In this document: positions 13,936 to 29,087 of the stretch, one piece after another
Layout: the number at the start of each line of letters is the position of its first letter
Numbering within the stretch: position 1 is the first letter of the stretch
From: Eledone cirrhosa
Taxonomy: Eukaryota
Reading direction: 5' to 3'
Assembly: GCA_964016885.1 (NCBI GenBank)
Contig: OZ024740.1
Location: 153,264,001 to 153,328,000 of the forward strand
Length of the DNA: 64,000 nt
The notes under the pieces: generated by a model
Database searches by the model: none
Seen by the model: the letters and a program-made list of their open reading frames with translations, nothing else
What the model was told of the DNA's origin: nothing
Translations under genes and position numbers: made by a program

Positions 13936-14073
13936 GTACATATATTAATGTTTCTTAATACTATTTAAATATAACGGAAGAACATTATATTTGTGATGTT
14001 CTTCTGAACGAATTGCGAGCAATTTATAATGTCATTTGCGCCTTTATAATGTTATTTATCATTTTATGTACTA

Positions 14074-15182
14074 CTAGCATTAAAGCCCGTCGTTGCTCGG
14101 GGTCAGTAAGTTACCAAAGTTAGGTGGCACCACCCATTTTATGGCAGCACTTTTTTTGTCTTCCAGGCACTGGGTGAATGAATTTCAGACCTGGACTGCC
14201 GAAGCAGGAGCTGCGCCAGCAGTTAAAATTGTAGTTTCGCCTATGGATATTATCTTTGTGCAAAGAAGTGTTGAAATTTATTGTTTCACAGTACTTGCGC
14301 AACACGCGCGTAGACGATGCCAGCCGAACAACAGAGCTGCGATGGAGTTGTTCTGCATGGTTGTCTAATGTGTGTTTTCTAAATTTAAAACAGTAGGGAG
14401 GGGTGATATATGGGGGAGAGTTAGCTGCTGTTTCTAGCAGGTTTAGTGAACCCATAGAGTATATTATTGTGTATAGTAAATAAATTGATACTTCTCTCTT
14501 CCACGTTCGTTGAGAGATGTTTTAAAAAAGATTTATCGCTGTTTTTTTGTTGTTGAACACATTTATCTGTTGCTTTTGAATAATTGTTGTTTCGTATGAA
14601 ATGTAATAATTGTTTCTACTTTAGGCACAAGGCCAGCAATTACCCAGTACATTACTGGTACTTTATTTTATCGACCCCGTAAGGATGAAAGGCAAAGTTA
14701 ACCTCGACGGGATTTGAACTCAGACCGTAAAGGGACGTAACTATGCTGGAAAGCATGGCGTCCGACTCTCTACCGATACTGCCAAAATCTTTGTTGTCAT
14801 TGAAGTAAATAAATGTTTGACCGTTCCACACTCAAAAACAAACGCTCTCTCTCTCTCTCTCTTCGGCGTTCCTAAAGGAAGTTTGTAAGTTTAAGCGTAT
14901 ATAAGAGAAAGTTGCAGCATGTATGTAGTTTTATCGAATTTTAAGGGGAGTAGAGAGAAGTAAGCAGATTCTATTAGAGGGATAAAGCGTCATGTATTTA
15001 GTTTTATCGATTATTTCCGTAATTGTGGGTGAGTTTGAAATAAATAAATAGTCGTTGACCTAAGTTAGACAATTTACAACATTCTTACAGACATTCAATC
15101 GAATCGGTTTGAAATTGTGCAAATGTATAAAATTGAAACATACATACAGACACAAAAATCTGCCTTTTATAGATAATGATGA
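14074..15182 (-). mobile_element. Second copy of the same Helitron insertion, with nested SINE
   Basis: Same termini and site as 4051-4983. Confidence 0.9.
14608..14786 (-). mobile_element. SINE nested in Helitron
   Basis: Reverse complement of the SINE consensus; absent from the 4051-4983 copy. Confidence 0.9.
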
Positions 15183-17344
15183 TACAGGCACTTTGGTGAG
15201 TGCACCTGAGCACTGTACATTATAATTTTCATTAATATTATTATTAAGGACGGTGGATTGGCAGTATCGGTAGAGAGTCGGACGCCATGCTTTCCAGCAT
15301 AGTTACGTCTTTTATGGTCTGAGATCAAATCCCGCTGAGGTTTACTTTGCGGGGTCGATAAAATAAAGTACTAGTAATGCACTGAGTAATTGCTGGCCTT
15401 GTGCCTAAAGTAGAAACAGTTATTATTATTATTATTGGGTTCAAAGTAGAAACAATTCTTCTTCTTATTGTTTTCTTGGAGTCTCAGTCATTGTTGTTAT
15501 TTAACTGGAAAGTTTGTTCAAGTGAACATCAAGCCGCTACTTGTAGCCTCAGTTATTCAGGACGTATCGGAGGGTTCTTGTTGTTTCCAGCAAGCATGCT
15601 TGTTTGGCGTGTGAAAAAAAGGGTGTTGGACTACTGTTCTTTAACGAGCCTTGAAATCTCTTCGAAATAGTACCTTGTGCTCCTATGAAAATCGGATGGT
15701 GTGATCTCATGACAGTCCCAAATACTTTTTTATGGCTACTTTAAATCTTGGTATCGGTTAATTTACTCCTCCTTTTTTTGCACTCTTCTGTCAAAATGGG
15801 GCAGGCTTCATCTACAATCAGGTTCGATCCTTTTGCCTTGTCAAAACCCGCCAGGTCAGGCCTATTGTGTTCTAATTTCTTGTCTGTCTGTATTCTGAAA
15901 TTCCAAAGCACCTCCACTCGATCGTTTTCTATCACCGACTCTGGCTTATGCTCATGCCACTTCTCAGAATGTGGTAAACTATTCAGTTTTCGTTAATGCC
16001 AGTGAATCACCTTTCCCATTATATCATGCCTCGAACCTTGATACATCGGATACGATGTAAGCCAAAGTTTCCTTTCTCCCTCCACAGTTCCTACAGAGTG
16101 GACTAGCCTCCTGCTTGTCAATATGGTGTTTCACTCCCTTCGTTCTGAGGGCTTGCTCTTGTGCTGCCAGTAGCATTTCCTCTGTAGCTTTCTTAAGGTC
16201 TCCTCTTTTTAACCAAATCCATCTCTGTAGATCTCTGAATTCCGTTGTATTAAAAAAGGTACTATGAAAGGGTTTCTCATGAAGGTGGCTCTTCCTCTTT
16301 ATTGTTACGTCCTCCTTGGACATCCCCTTGTCTCCGTTTTCTCCTTCAGTATAATTCGAGCATCGGCTCCCTACTCTCAGACACATACTTGCGCAGACCG
16401 CTCTTCCCCATCTGAACACAGTCCTCTACGCTGATAAGACCTCTTCCACCTTCAGATCTATTTAAGTAAATCTATCAACATCACTCCTCTTGTGGAACAT
16501 GCTGTGGGTAGTCATTATCTTCTTAGACTTTCTATCCATTTCTTTTTGTTCAATACCATTCCATTTCATAATTCCCGCACTGTACCTAATAATAGACACA
16601 GCTCGGGAATTTACTGCACTTATGAGATTCCTATTATTTAGATGTAATTTTAGTATGTTCCTTACTCTCCCTATGTATTCAGATCTTATCAATTCCTTAA
16701 TTTTATTGTTTTTGATGTCATCTGCCCCCAGAAAACCCAAATATTTGTATCCCTCTTCAGCGCCGATTTCCTTTACCCTCTCACTCATTGGTACTTGGAT
16801 TCCGTTGCTTCTATTCAATTTACCCCTCTTCACCACTAGGACTCCACACTTATTAGCACCAAATTCCATACATATATCATTGCTGAAAATACGGACAGTG
16901 TTAACAAATATTTTCAACTCCTCGCTTTTCCCAAATAGTTTTAGATCGTCCATGAAGAGAAGGTAGATGGTAAGCTCTCCTCTTCTCAGCTTGTATCCTG
17001 CTTTCACTTTTCGCAATATGAGGGACAAGGGTATGAGGGTAAGGACAAACAACAATGGAGACAAACTATCGCCTTTGAAGAAAGCTCTCTTGATATTCAT
17101 TCCTCCCAAGGATTCTCCTTCTGATGTTTGCTCTGTCTCCCATGACTTCATACTATTACTTAATGCACTGGAGTCGTTTTAGTCGACTTCCCCCTCCCCC
17201 CAATTCAAATTGCTGGCCTTGTGGCTTTAGTAGAAACAATTATTATAACCATGGTGTCTCTGTAACATTACTTGATATCCATAAGGGTTGGGGTGTACAA
17301 TACTAACATTACCTAGTTATAATTTAATTTGATAACATTTTCAG

Positions 17345-17389
17345 GTTATAAACCAAAAGGAAAATCTATGTGGGACGATCGGGAAAACG
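17345..17389 (+). CDS. 45-nt micro-exon copy 7: (G)YKPKGKSMWDDREN
   Basis: Same splice sites; open in phase 1. Confidence 0.75.
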
Positions 17390-19500
17390 GTACATATATT
17401 AATGTTTCTTAATACTATTTAAATATAACGGAAGAACATTATATTTGTGATGTTCTTCTGAACGATTTGCGTGCAATTTGTAATGTCATTTACGTCTTTA
17501 TATTGTTATTTATCATTTTATGTACTATACAGTCACTTTGGTGAGTGCACCTGAGCACTGTACATTATAATTTTCAATATTATTATTATTATTGAGTTCA
17601 AAGTAAAACCAATTCTTCTTATTGTTTTCTTGGAGTCTCAGTCATTGTTGTTATTTAACTGGAAAATTTGTTCAAATGAACATCAAGCCTCTACTTATAG
17701 TCTCAGATATTCAGGACGTATCGGAGGGTTCTTGTTGTTTCCAGCAAGCATGCTTGTTTGGCGTGTTAAAAAAAGGGTGTTGGACTACTGTTCTTTAACC
17801 AGCCTTCAAATCTCATCTAAATAGTACCTTGTGCTCCTATGAAAATCGGATGGCCTTGATCTCATGACAATCCCAAATACTTTTTTATTGCTACTTTAAA
17901 TCTTGGTATCGGTTAATTTACTCCTCCTTTTCTTGCACTCTTGTGTCAAAATGGGGCAGGCTTCATCTACAATCAGGTTCGATCTTTTTGCCTTGTTAAA
18001 ACCCGCCGGGTCAGGCCTATTGTGTTCTAATTTCTTGTCTGTCAGTATCCTGAAATTCCATAGCACCTCCACTCGATCGTTTTCTATCACCGACTCTGGC
18101 TTATGCTCATACCACTTCTCAGAATGTGGTAAACTATTCAGTTTTCGTTAATGCCAGTGAACCACCTTTCCCATTACATCGTGCCTCGAACCTTGATCCA
18201 TCGGATACGATGTGAGCCAAAGTTTGCTCTCTCCCGCCACAGTTCCTACAGAGTGGACTAGCCTCCTGCTTGTCAATATGGTGTTTCACTCCCTTCGTTC
18301 TGAGGGCTTGCTCTTGTGCTGCCAGGAGTATTTCCTCTGTAGCTTTCTTAAGGTCTCCTCTTTTTAACCAGCTCCATCTCTGTAGATCTCTGAATTCCGT
18401 TGTATTAAAAATGTTACTATGAAAGGATTTTTCATGAAGGTGGCTCTTCCTCTTTATTGTTACGTTCTCCTTGGAGATGCCCTTGTCTCCGTTTTCTCCT
18501 TCAGTATAATTCGAGCATCGGCTCCCTACTCTCAGACACATACTTGCGCAGACCACTCTTCCCCATCTGAACACAGTCCTCTACTCTGATAAGATCTCTT
18601 CCACCTTCAGATCTATTTAAGTAAATATATCAACATCACTCCTCTTGTGGAACATGGTGTAGGTAGTCATTATCTTCTTAGTCTTTCTATCCATTTCTTT
18701 TTGTTCAATACCATTCCATTTCATAATTCCCGCACTGTACCTAATAATAGACACAGCTCGGGAATTTACTGCACTTATGAAATTCTTACTATTTAGATGT
18801 GATTTTAGTATCTTCCTTACTCTCCTTATGTATTCAGATATTATCAATTCCATCATTTTATTGTTTTTGATATCATCTGCCCCCAGAACACCCAAATATT
18901 TGTATCTCTCTTCAGTGCCGATTTCCTTTACCTTCACACTCATTGGTACTTGGAATCCGTTGCTTCTATTCAATTTACCCCTCTTCACCACTAGGACTCC
19001 ACACTTATTAGCACCAAATTCCATACATATATCATTGCTGAAAATACGGACAGTGTTAACAAATACATTCAACTCCTCGCTTTTCACAAATAGTTTTAGA
19101 TCGTCCATGAAAAGTAGGTTGTAGATGGTAAGCTCTCCTCTTCCCAGCTCGTAGCCTGCTTTCACTTTTCGCAATATGAGGGACAAGGGTATGAGGGTAA
19201 GGACAAATAACAATGGAGACAAACTATCGCCTTTGAAGAAAGCTCTCTTGATCTTCATTCCTCCCAAGGATTCTCCTTCTGTTGTTTGCTCTGTCCCCCA
19301 CGACTTCATACTATTACTTAATGCACTGGAGTCGTTTTAGTCGAATTCCCCTCCCCTTCAAATTGCTGGCTTTGTGATTTTAGTAGAAACAATTATTATA
19401 ACCATGGTGTCTCTGTAACATTACTTAATATCCACTAGGGTTGGGGTGTACAATACTAAGATTACCGAGTTATAATTTAATTTGTTGTTAACATTTTCAG

Positions 19501-19545
19501 GTTATAAACCAAAAGGAAAATCTATGTGGAACGATCTGAAAAACG
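19501..19545 (+). CDS. 45-nt micro-exon copy 8: (G)YKPKGKSMWNDLKN
   Basis: Same splice sites; open in phase 1. Confidence 0.75.
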
Positions 19546-21856
19546 GTACATATATTAATGTTTCTTAATACTATTTAAATATAACGGAAGAACATTATAT
19601 TTGTCATGTTCTTCTGAATGTATTGCGAGCAATTTGTAATGTCATTTACGCCTTTATAATGTTATTTATCATTTTATGTACTATACAGTCACCTTGGTGA
19701 GTGCACCTGAGCACTATACATTATAATTTTCATTATTATTATTATTAAGGGCGGTGGATTGGCAGTATGGGTAGAAAGTTGGAAGCTATGCTTTCGAGCA
19801 TAGTTACGTCCCTTTATGGTCTGAGTTCAAATCCCGCCGAGGTTTACTTTGCCTTTCATCCTTATGGGGTCGATAAAATAAAGTATTAGTAATGCACTGG
19901 GTAATTTCTGGCCTTGTGACTAAAGAAGAAACAATTATTATTATTATTATTGGGTTCAAAGTAGAAACAATTCTTTTTATTATTGTTTTCTTGGAGTCTC
20001 AGTCATTGTTGTTATTTAACTGGAAAGTTTGTTCAAACGAACATCAAGCCGCTACTTGTAGCCTCAGATATTCAGGACGTTTCGGAGGGTTCTTGTTGTT
20101 TCCAGCAAGCATGCTTGTTTGGCGTGTGAAAAAAAGGGTGTTGGACTACTGTTCTTTAACGAGCCTTGAAATCTCTTCGAAATAGTACCTTGTGCTCCTA
20201 TGAAAATCGGACGCGCTTGATCTCATGACAGTCCCAAATACTTTTTTATTGCTACTTTAAATCTTGGTATCGGTTAATTTACTCCTCCTTTTCTTGCACT
20301 CTTCTGTCAAATGAGGCAGGCTTCATCTACAATCAGGTTCGATCTTTTTGCCTTGTTAAAAACCGCCGCGTCAGGCCTATTGTGTTCTAATTTCTTGTCT
20401 GTCTGTATCCTGAAATTCCATAGAACCTCCACTCGATCGTTTTCTATCACTGACTCTGGTTTATGCTCATACCACTTCTCAGAATGTGGTAAACTATTCA
20501 GTTTTCGTTAATGCCAGTGAATCACATTTCCCATTATATCGTGCCTCGAACCTTGATACATCGGATACGATGTGAGCCAAAGTTTCCTCTCTCCCGCCAC
20601 AGTTCCAACAAAGTGGACTAGCCCCCTGCTTGTCAATATGGTGTTTCTCGCCCTTCGTTCTGAGGGCTTGCTCTTGTGCTGCCAGTAGCATTTCCTCTGT
20701 AGCTTTCTTAAGGTCTCCTCTTTTTAACCAGCGCCATCTCTGTAGATCTACGAATTCCGTTGTCTTAAAAAAGGTACTATGAAAGGGTTTCTCATGAAGG
20801 TGGCTCTTCCTCTTTATTGTTACGTCCTCCTTGGACATGCCCTTGTCTCCGTTTTCTCCTTCAGTATAATTCGAGCATCAGCTCCCTACTCTGAGACACA
20901 TACTTGCGCAGACCGCTCTTCTCCATCTGAACACAGTCATCTACGCTGATAAGACCTCTTCCACCTTCAGATCTATTTAAGTAAATATATCAACATCACT
21001 CCTCTTGTGGAACATGCTGTGGGTAGTCATTATCTTCTTAGACTTTCTATCCATTTCTTTTTGTTCAATACCATTCCATTTCATAATTCCCGCACTGTAC
21101 CTAATAATAGACACAGCTCGGGAATTTACTGCACTTATGAGATTCTTACTATTTAGATGTGATTTTAGTATGTTCCTTACTCTCCCTATGTATTCAGATC
21201 TTATCAATTCCTTCATTTTATTGTTTTTGATATCATCTGCCCCCAGAACACCCAAATATTTGTATCTCTCTTCAGTGACGATTTCCTTTACCTTCACACT
21301 CATTGGTACTTGGAATCCGTTGCTTCTATTCAATTTACCCCTCTTCACCACTAGGACTCCACACTTATTAGCACCAAATTCCATACATATATCATTGCTT
21401 AAAATACGGACAGTGTTAACAAATACATTCAACTCCTCGCTTTTCCCAAATAGTTTTAGATCGTCCATGAAGAGAAGGTAGATGGTAAGCTCTCCTCTTC
21501 TCAGCTTGTATCCTGCTTTCACTTTTCGCTATATGAGGGACAAGGGTATGAGGGTAAGGACAAACAACAATGGAGACAAACTATCGCCTTTGAAGAAAGC
21601 TCTCTTGATCTTCATTCCTCCCAAGGATTCTCCTTCTGATGTTTGCTCTGTCTCCCATGACTTCATACTATTACTTAATGCACTGGAGTCGTTTTAGTCG
21701 AATTCCCCTCCCCTTCAAATTGCTGGCATCTGATTTTAGTAGAAACAATTATTATAACCATGGTGTCTCTGTAACATTACTTAATATCCACTAGGGTTGG
21801 GGTGTATAATACTAACATTACCGAGTTATAATTTAATTTGTTGTTAACATTTTCAG

Positions 21857-21901
21857 GTTATAAACCAAAAGGAAAATCTATGTGGGACGATCGGGAAAAC
21901 G
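21857..21901 (+). CDS. 45-nt micro-exon copy 9: (G)YKPKGKSMWDDREN
   Basis: Same splice sites; open in phase 1. Confidence 0.75.
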
Positions 21902-24210
21902 GTACATATATTAATGTTTCTTAATACTATTTAAATATAACGGAAGAACATTATATTTGTGATGTTCTTCTGAACGTATTGCGAGCAATTTGTAATGTCA
22001 TTTACGCCTTTATAATGTTATTTATCATTTTATGTACTATACAGGCACTTTGGTGAGTGCACCTGAGCACTGTACATTATAATTTTCATTATTATTAATT
22101 TTGAGGTCGGTCGGTGAATTGGCAGTATGGTAGAGGGTTGGACGCCATGCTTTCTAGCATAGTTACGTCCCTTTACAGACTGAGTTCAAATCGCGCCGAG
22201 GTTAACTTTGCCCTTCATCCTTAGAGGGTCGATAAATTAAAGTACCAGTAATGTACTGGTTAATTGCTGGCCTTGTGCCTAAAGTAGAAACAATTATTAT
22301 TATTATTGAGTTCAAAGTAGAAACAATTCTTCTAAGTATTATTGTTTTCTTGGAGTCTCAGTCATTGTTGTTATTTAACTGGAAAGTTTGTTCAAATGAA
22401 CATCAAGCCGCTACCTGTAGCCTCAGATATTCAGGACGTATCGGAGGGTTGTTGTTGTTTCCAGCAAGCATGCACTTTGAAGTGTTCAAAAATGGGGACT
22501 GGAATATTGTTCTTTAACCATCCTTGAAAACTCTTCGAAATAGTACCTTGTGCTCCTATGAAAATCGGATGGCCTTGATCTCATGACAATCCCAAATACT
22601 TTTCTATTGCTGCTTTAAATCTTGGTATCGGTTAATTTACTCCTCCTTTTCTTGCACTCTTGTGTCAAAATGGAGCAAACTACATCTACAATCAGGTTCG
22701 AACTTTTTGCCTTGTCAAAACCCGCCGGGTCAGGCCTATTGTGTTCTAAGTACTTGCGTGTCTCTATCCTGAAATTCCATAGAACCTCATCTCGATCGTT
22801 TTCTATCACCGACTCTGGTTTATGCTCATACCACTTCTCAGAATGTGGTAAATTATTCAGTTTGCATAAATGCCAGTGAATCACCTTTCCCATTATATTG
22901 TCCCTCGAACCTTTATACATCGGATACGATGTGAGCCACAGTTCCCTCTCTCTCCACACATTCTACTTAATGGACTAGCCTCCTGCTTGTCAATATGGTG
23001 TTTCACTCAGTTCATTCTAAGGGCTTGCTCTTGTGCTGCCAGTAGCATTTCCTCTGTAGCTTTCTTAAGGTTTCCTCTTTTTAACCAGCTCCATCTCTGT
23101 AGATCTCTGAATTCCATTTTCTTAAAAAAGGTACTATGAAAGGATTTTTCATGAAGGTGGCTCTTCCTCTTTATTGTTACTTCTTCCTTGGACATCCCCT
23201 TGTCTACGTTTTCTCCTTCAGTATAATTCGAGCATCGGCTCCCTACTCTCAGCCACTTATTTGTGCAGACCGCCCTTCTCCACCTGAACACAGTCCTCTA
23301 CGCTGATTAGACCTCTTCCACCTTCAGATCTATTTAAGTAAAGTCTATCAACATCACTCCTCTTGTGGAGCATGGTGTAGGTAGTCATTATCTTCTTAGT
23401 CTTTCTATCCATTTCTTTTTGTTCAATACCATTCCATTTCATATTTCCCGCACTGTACCTAATAATAGACACAGCTCGGGAATTTACTGCACTTATGAGA
23501 TTCCTACTATTTAGATGTGATTTTAGTATGTTCCTTTTTCTCCTTATTTATTCAGATCTTATCAATTCCTTCCTTTCATTGTTCTTGATGTCATCTTCCT
23601 CCAGAACAGCCAAATATTTGTATCCCTCTTCAGTGTCAATTTCCTTTACCCTCTCACTCATTGGTACTTGGATTCCGTTGCTTCTATTCAATTTACCCCT
23701 CTTCACCACTAGGACTCCACACTTATTAGCACCAAATTCCATACATATATCATTGCTGAAAATACGGACAGTGTTAAAAAGTACATCCAACTCCTCGCTT
23801 TTCCCAAATAGTTTTAAATCGTCCATGAATAGAAGGTTGTAGATGGTAAGCTCTCCTCTTCCCAGCTTGTATCCTGCTTTCACTTTTCGCAATATGAGGG
23901 ACAAGTATATGAGGGTAAGGACAAACAACAATAGAGGCAAACTATCGCCTTGGAAGAAAGCTCTCTTGACTCCTTCCAAGGATTCTCCTTTTGTTGTTTG
24001 CTGTCGCCCATGACTTCATACTATTACTTAATGCACTGGAGTCGTTTTAGTCGACTTCCCCTCCCCTTCAAATTGCTGGCCTTGGGCCTAAAGTAGAAAC
24101 AATTATTATAACCATGGTGTCTCTGTAACATTACTTAATATCCACTAGGGTTGGGGTGTATAATACTAACATTACCTAGTTATAATATTATTTGTTGTTA
24201 ACATTTTCAG

Positions 24211-24255
24211 GTTATAAACCAAAAGGAAAATCTATGTGGGATGATCGGGAAAACG
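24211..24255 (+). CDS. 45-nt micro-exon copy 10: (G)YKPKGKSMWDDREN (synonymous GAC>GAT)
   Basis: Same splice sites; open in phase 1. Confidence 0.75.
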
Positions 24256-24297
24256 GTACATATATTAATGTTTCTTAATACTATTTAAATATAACGG

Positions 24298-24485
24298 AGG
24301 TGGATTGGCAGTATCGGTAGAGGGTCGGACGCCATGCTTTGACGTATAGAGTTACGGTCCTTGCCATTCTGAGTTCAAATCCCGCCGAGGTTAACTTTGC
24401 CTTTCATCCTTACGGGGTCGATAAAATAAAGTACCAGTAATGCACTGGATAATTGCTGGCCTTGTGCCAAAAAGTAGAAACAATT
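24298..24485 (+). mobile_element. Additional near-full-length SINE in the unit-10 spacer
   Basis: SINE consensus inserted at ggaagaacattatatttgtg. Confidence 0.88.
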
Positions 24486-26731
24486 ATATTTGTGATGTTC
24501 TTCTGAACGTATTGCGTGCAATTTGTAATGTCATTTACGCCTTCATAATGTTATTTATCATTTTATGTACTATACAGGCACTTTGGTGAGTGCACCTGAG
24601 CACTGTACATTATAATTTTCATTATTATTATTATTGAGGTCGGTCGGTGAATTGGCAGTATGGTAGAGGGTTGGACGCCATGCTTTCTAGCATAGTTACG
24701 TCCCTTTACAGACTGAGTTCAAATCGCGCCGAGGTTAACTTTGCCCTTCATCCTTAGAGGGTCGATACATTAAAGTACCAGTAATGTACTGGTTAATTGC
24801 TGGCCTTGTGCCTAAAGTAGAAACAATTATTATTATTATTGAGTTCAAAGTAGAAACAATTCTTCTTATTATTGTTTTCTTGGAGTCTCAGTCATTGTTG
24901 TTATTTAACTGGAAAGTTTGTTCAAATGAACATCAAGCCGCTACCTGTAGCCTCAGATATTCAGGACGTATCGGAGGGTTGTTGTTGTTTCCAGCAAGCA
25001 TGCACTTTGAAACTCCTTGAAAACTCTTCGAAATAGTACCTTGTGCTCCTATGAAAATCGGAACGGCTTTGATGTCATGACCATCCCAAATACTTTTTTA
25101 TTCCTACTTTAAATCCTGCTATCGGTTAATTTTCTCCTCCTTTTCTTGCACTCTTGTGTCAAAATGGAGCAAACTACATCTAGAATCAGGTTCGAACTTT
25201 TTGCCTTGTCAAAACCCACCGGGTCAGGCCTATTGTGTCCTAATTTCTTGTCTGTCTGTATCCTGAAATTCCATAGCACCTCCACTCGACCGTTTTCTAT
25301 CACCGACTCTGGCTTATGCACAGACCATTTCTCAGAATGTGGTAAATTAAACATTTTGCATTAATGCCAGTGAATCACCTTTCCCATTACTTTGTGCCTC
25401 GAACTTTTATACATCGGATACGATGTGAGCCACAGTTCCCTCTCTCTCTCTTCACACATTCTACTTAGTGGACTAGCCTCCTGCTTGTCAATATGGTGTT
25501 TCACTCACTTCGTTCTGAGGGCTTGCTCTTGTGCTGCCAGTAGCATTTCCTCTGTAGCTTTCTTAATGTCTCCTTTTTTAAACCAGCTCAATCTCTGTAG
25601 ATCTCTGAATTCCGTTTTCTTAAAAAATGTACTATGAAAGGATTTTTCATGAAGGTTGCTTCTCCTCTTTATTGTTACTTCCTCCTTGGACACCCCCTTG
25701 TCTACGTTTTCTCCTTCAGTATAATTCGAGCATCGGCTCCCTACTCTCAGACACATATTTGTGCAGACCGCTCTTCTCCATCTGAACACAGTCCTCTACG
25801 CTGATAAGACCTCTTCCACCTTCAGATCTATTTAAGTAAACTCTATCTACAACACTCCTCTTATGGAACATGGTGTAGGTAGTCATTATCTTCTTAGTCT
25901 TTCTATCCATTTCATTTTATTCAATACAATTCCATTTCATAATTCCCGCACTGTACCTAATAATAGACACAGCTCGGGAATTTACTGCACTTATGACATT
26001 CCTACTATTTAGATGTGATTTTAGTATGTTCCTTTTTCTCCTTATGTATTCAGATCTTATCAATTCCTTCATTTTATTGTTTTTGATGTCATCTGCCTCC
26101 AGAACAGCCAAATATTTGTATCCCTCTTCAGTGACGATTTCCTTTACCCTCTCACTCATTGGTACTTGGATTCCGTTGCTTCTATTCAATTTACCCCTCT
26201 TCACCACTAGGACTCCACACTTATTAGCACCAAATTCCATACATATATCATTGCTTAAAATACGGACAGTGTTAAAAAGTACATCCAACTCCTCGCTTTT
26301 ACCAAATAGTTTTAGATCGTCCATGAAGAGAAGGTTGTAGATAGTAAGCTCTCCTCTTCCCAGCTTGTAACCTGCTTTTACTTTTCGCAATATGAGGGAC
26401 AAGTGTATGAGGGTAAGGACAAACAACAATGGAGACAAACTATCGCCTTTGAAGAAAGCTCTCTTGATATTCATTCCTCCCAAGGATTCTCCTTCTGATG
26501 TTTGCTCTGTCTCCCATGACTTCATACTATTACTTAATGCACTGGAGTCGTTTTAGTCGACTTCCCTTCAAATTGCTGGCCTTGTGCCTAAAGTAGAAAC
26601 AATTATTATAATCATGGTCTTTCTGTAACATTACTTGATATCCACAAGGGTTGGGGTGTACGATACTAAGATTACTAGCCATTTAATGGGATCCATTGAG
26701 TTATAATTTAATTTGTTGTTAACATTTTCAG

Positions 26732-26776
26732 GTTATAAACCAAAAGGAAAACCTATGTGGGACGATCGGGAAAACG
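26732..26776 (+). CDS. 45-nt micro-exon copy 11: (G)YKPKGKPMWDDREN
   Basis: Same splice sites; open in phase 1. Confidence 0.75.
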
Positions 26777-29087
26777 GTACATATATTAATGTTTCTTAAT
26801 ACTATTTAAATATAACGGAAGAACATTATATTTGTGATGTTCTTTTGAACGTATTGCGAGCAATTTGTAATGTCATTTACGCCTTATAATGTTATTTATC
26901 ATTTTATGTACTATACAGGCACTTTGGTGAGTGCACCTGAGCACTGTACATTATAATTTTCATTATTATTATTATTAAGGGCAGTGGATTGTCAGTATCG
27001 GTAGAGAGTCGGACGCCATGCTTTCCAGCATAGTTACGTCCCTTTATGATCTGAGTTCAAATCCCGCCGCGGTTTACTTTGCCTTTCATCCTTATGGGGT
27101 CGATAAAATAAAGTACTAGTAATGCACTGAGTAATTGCTGGCCTTGTGCCTAAAGTAGAAACAATTATTGTTATTATTTTTGGGTTCAAATTAGAAACAA
27201 TTCTTCTTATTATTGTTTTCTTGGAGTCTCAGTCATTGTTGTTATTTAACTGGAAAGTTTGTTCAAATGAACATCAAGCCGCTACTTCTAGCCTCAGATA
27301 TTCAGGACGTATCGGAGGGTTGTTGTTGTTTCCAGCAAGCATGCTTGTTTGGCGTGTTTAAGAAAGGGTGTTGGACTACTGTTCTTTAACCAACCTTCAA
27401 ATCTCATCGAAATAGTACCTTGTGCTCCTATGAAAATCGGATGGCCTTGATCTCATGACAATCCCAAATACTTTTCTATTGCTACTTTAAATCTTGGTAT
27501 CGGTTAATTTACTCCTCCTTTTCTTGCACTCTTGTGTCAAATGAGGCAGGCTTCATCTACAATCAGGTTCGATCTTTTTGCCTTGTTAAAAAGCGCCGGG
27601 TCAGGTCTATTGTGTTCTAATTTCTTGTCTGTCTGTATCCTGAAATTCCAGAGCACCTCCACTCGATCGTTTTCTATCACCGACTCTGGTTTATGCTCAT
27701 ACCACTTCTCAGAATGTGGTAAACTATTCAGTTTTCGTTAATGCCAGTGAATCACCTTTCCCATTATATCGTGCCTCGAACCTTGATACATTGGATACGA
27801 TGTGGGCCAAAGTTTCCTTTCTCCCTCCACAGTTCCTACAGAGTGGACTAGCCACCTGCTTGTCAATATGGTGTTTCACTCCCTTCGTTCTGAGGGCTTG
27901 CTCTTGTGCTGCCAGTCGCATTTCCTCTGTAGCTTTCTTAAGGTCACCTCTTTTTAACCAAATCCATCTGGGTAGATCTCTGAATTCCGTTGTATTAAAA
28001 ATGTTACTATGAAAGGGTTTTTCATGAAGGTGGCTCTTCCTCTTTATTGTTACGTCCTCCTTGGAGATGCCCTTGTCTCCGTTTTCTCCTTCAGTATAAT
28101 TCGAGCATCGGCTCCCTACTCTCAGACACATACTTGCGCAGACCACTCTTCCCCATCTGAACACAGTCATCTAAGTTGATAAGACCTCTTCCACCTTCAG
28201 ATCTATTTAAGTAAATCTATCAACAACACTCCTCTTGTGGAACATGCTGTGGGTAGTCATTATCTTCTTAGACTTTCTATCCATTTCATTTTGTTCAATA
28301 CCATTCCATTTCATAATTCCCGCACTGTACCTAATAATAGACACAGCTCGGGAATTTACTGCACTTATGAGATTCCTATTATTTAGATGTGATTTTAGTA
28401 TCTTCTTTACTCTCCTGATGTATTCAGATATTATCAATTCCTTCATTTTATTGTTTTTGATATCATCTGCCCCCATAACACCCAAATATTTGTATCCCTC
28501 TTTAGCGCCGATTTCCTTTACCTTCTCGCTCATTGGTACTTGGATTCCGTTGCTTCTATTCAATTTACCCCTCTTCACCACTAGGACTCCACACTTATTA
28601 GCACCAAATTCCATACATATATCATTGCTTAAAATACGGGCAGTGTTAACAAATACATTCAACTCCTCGCTTTTCCCAAATAGATTTAGATCGTCCATGA
28701 AGAGAAGGTAGATGGTAAGCTCTCCTCTTCTCAGCTTGTATCCTGCTTTCACTTTTGGCAATATGAGGGACAAGGGTATGAGGGTAAGGACAAACAACAA
28801 TGGAGACAAACTATCGCCTTTGAAGAAAGCTCTCTTGATATTCATTTCTCCCAAGGATTCTCCTTCTGATGTTTGCTCTGTCTCCCATGACTTCATACTA
28901 TTACTTAATGCACTGGAGTCGTTTTAGTCGACTTCCCCTCCCCTTCAAATTGCTGGCCTTGTGGCTTTAGTTGAAACAATTATTATAACCATGGTGTCTC
29001 TGTAACATTACTTAATATCCACTAGGGTTGGGATGTATAATACTAACATTACCTAGTTATAATATTATTTGTTGTTAACATTTTCAG

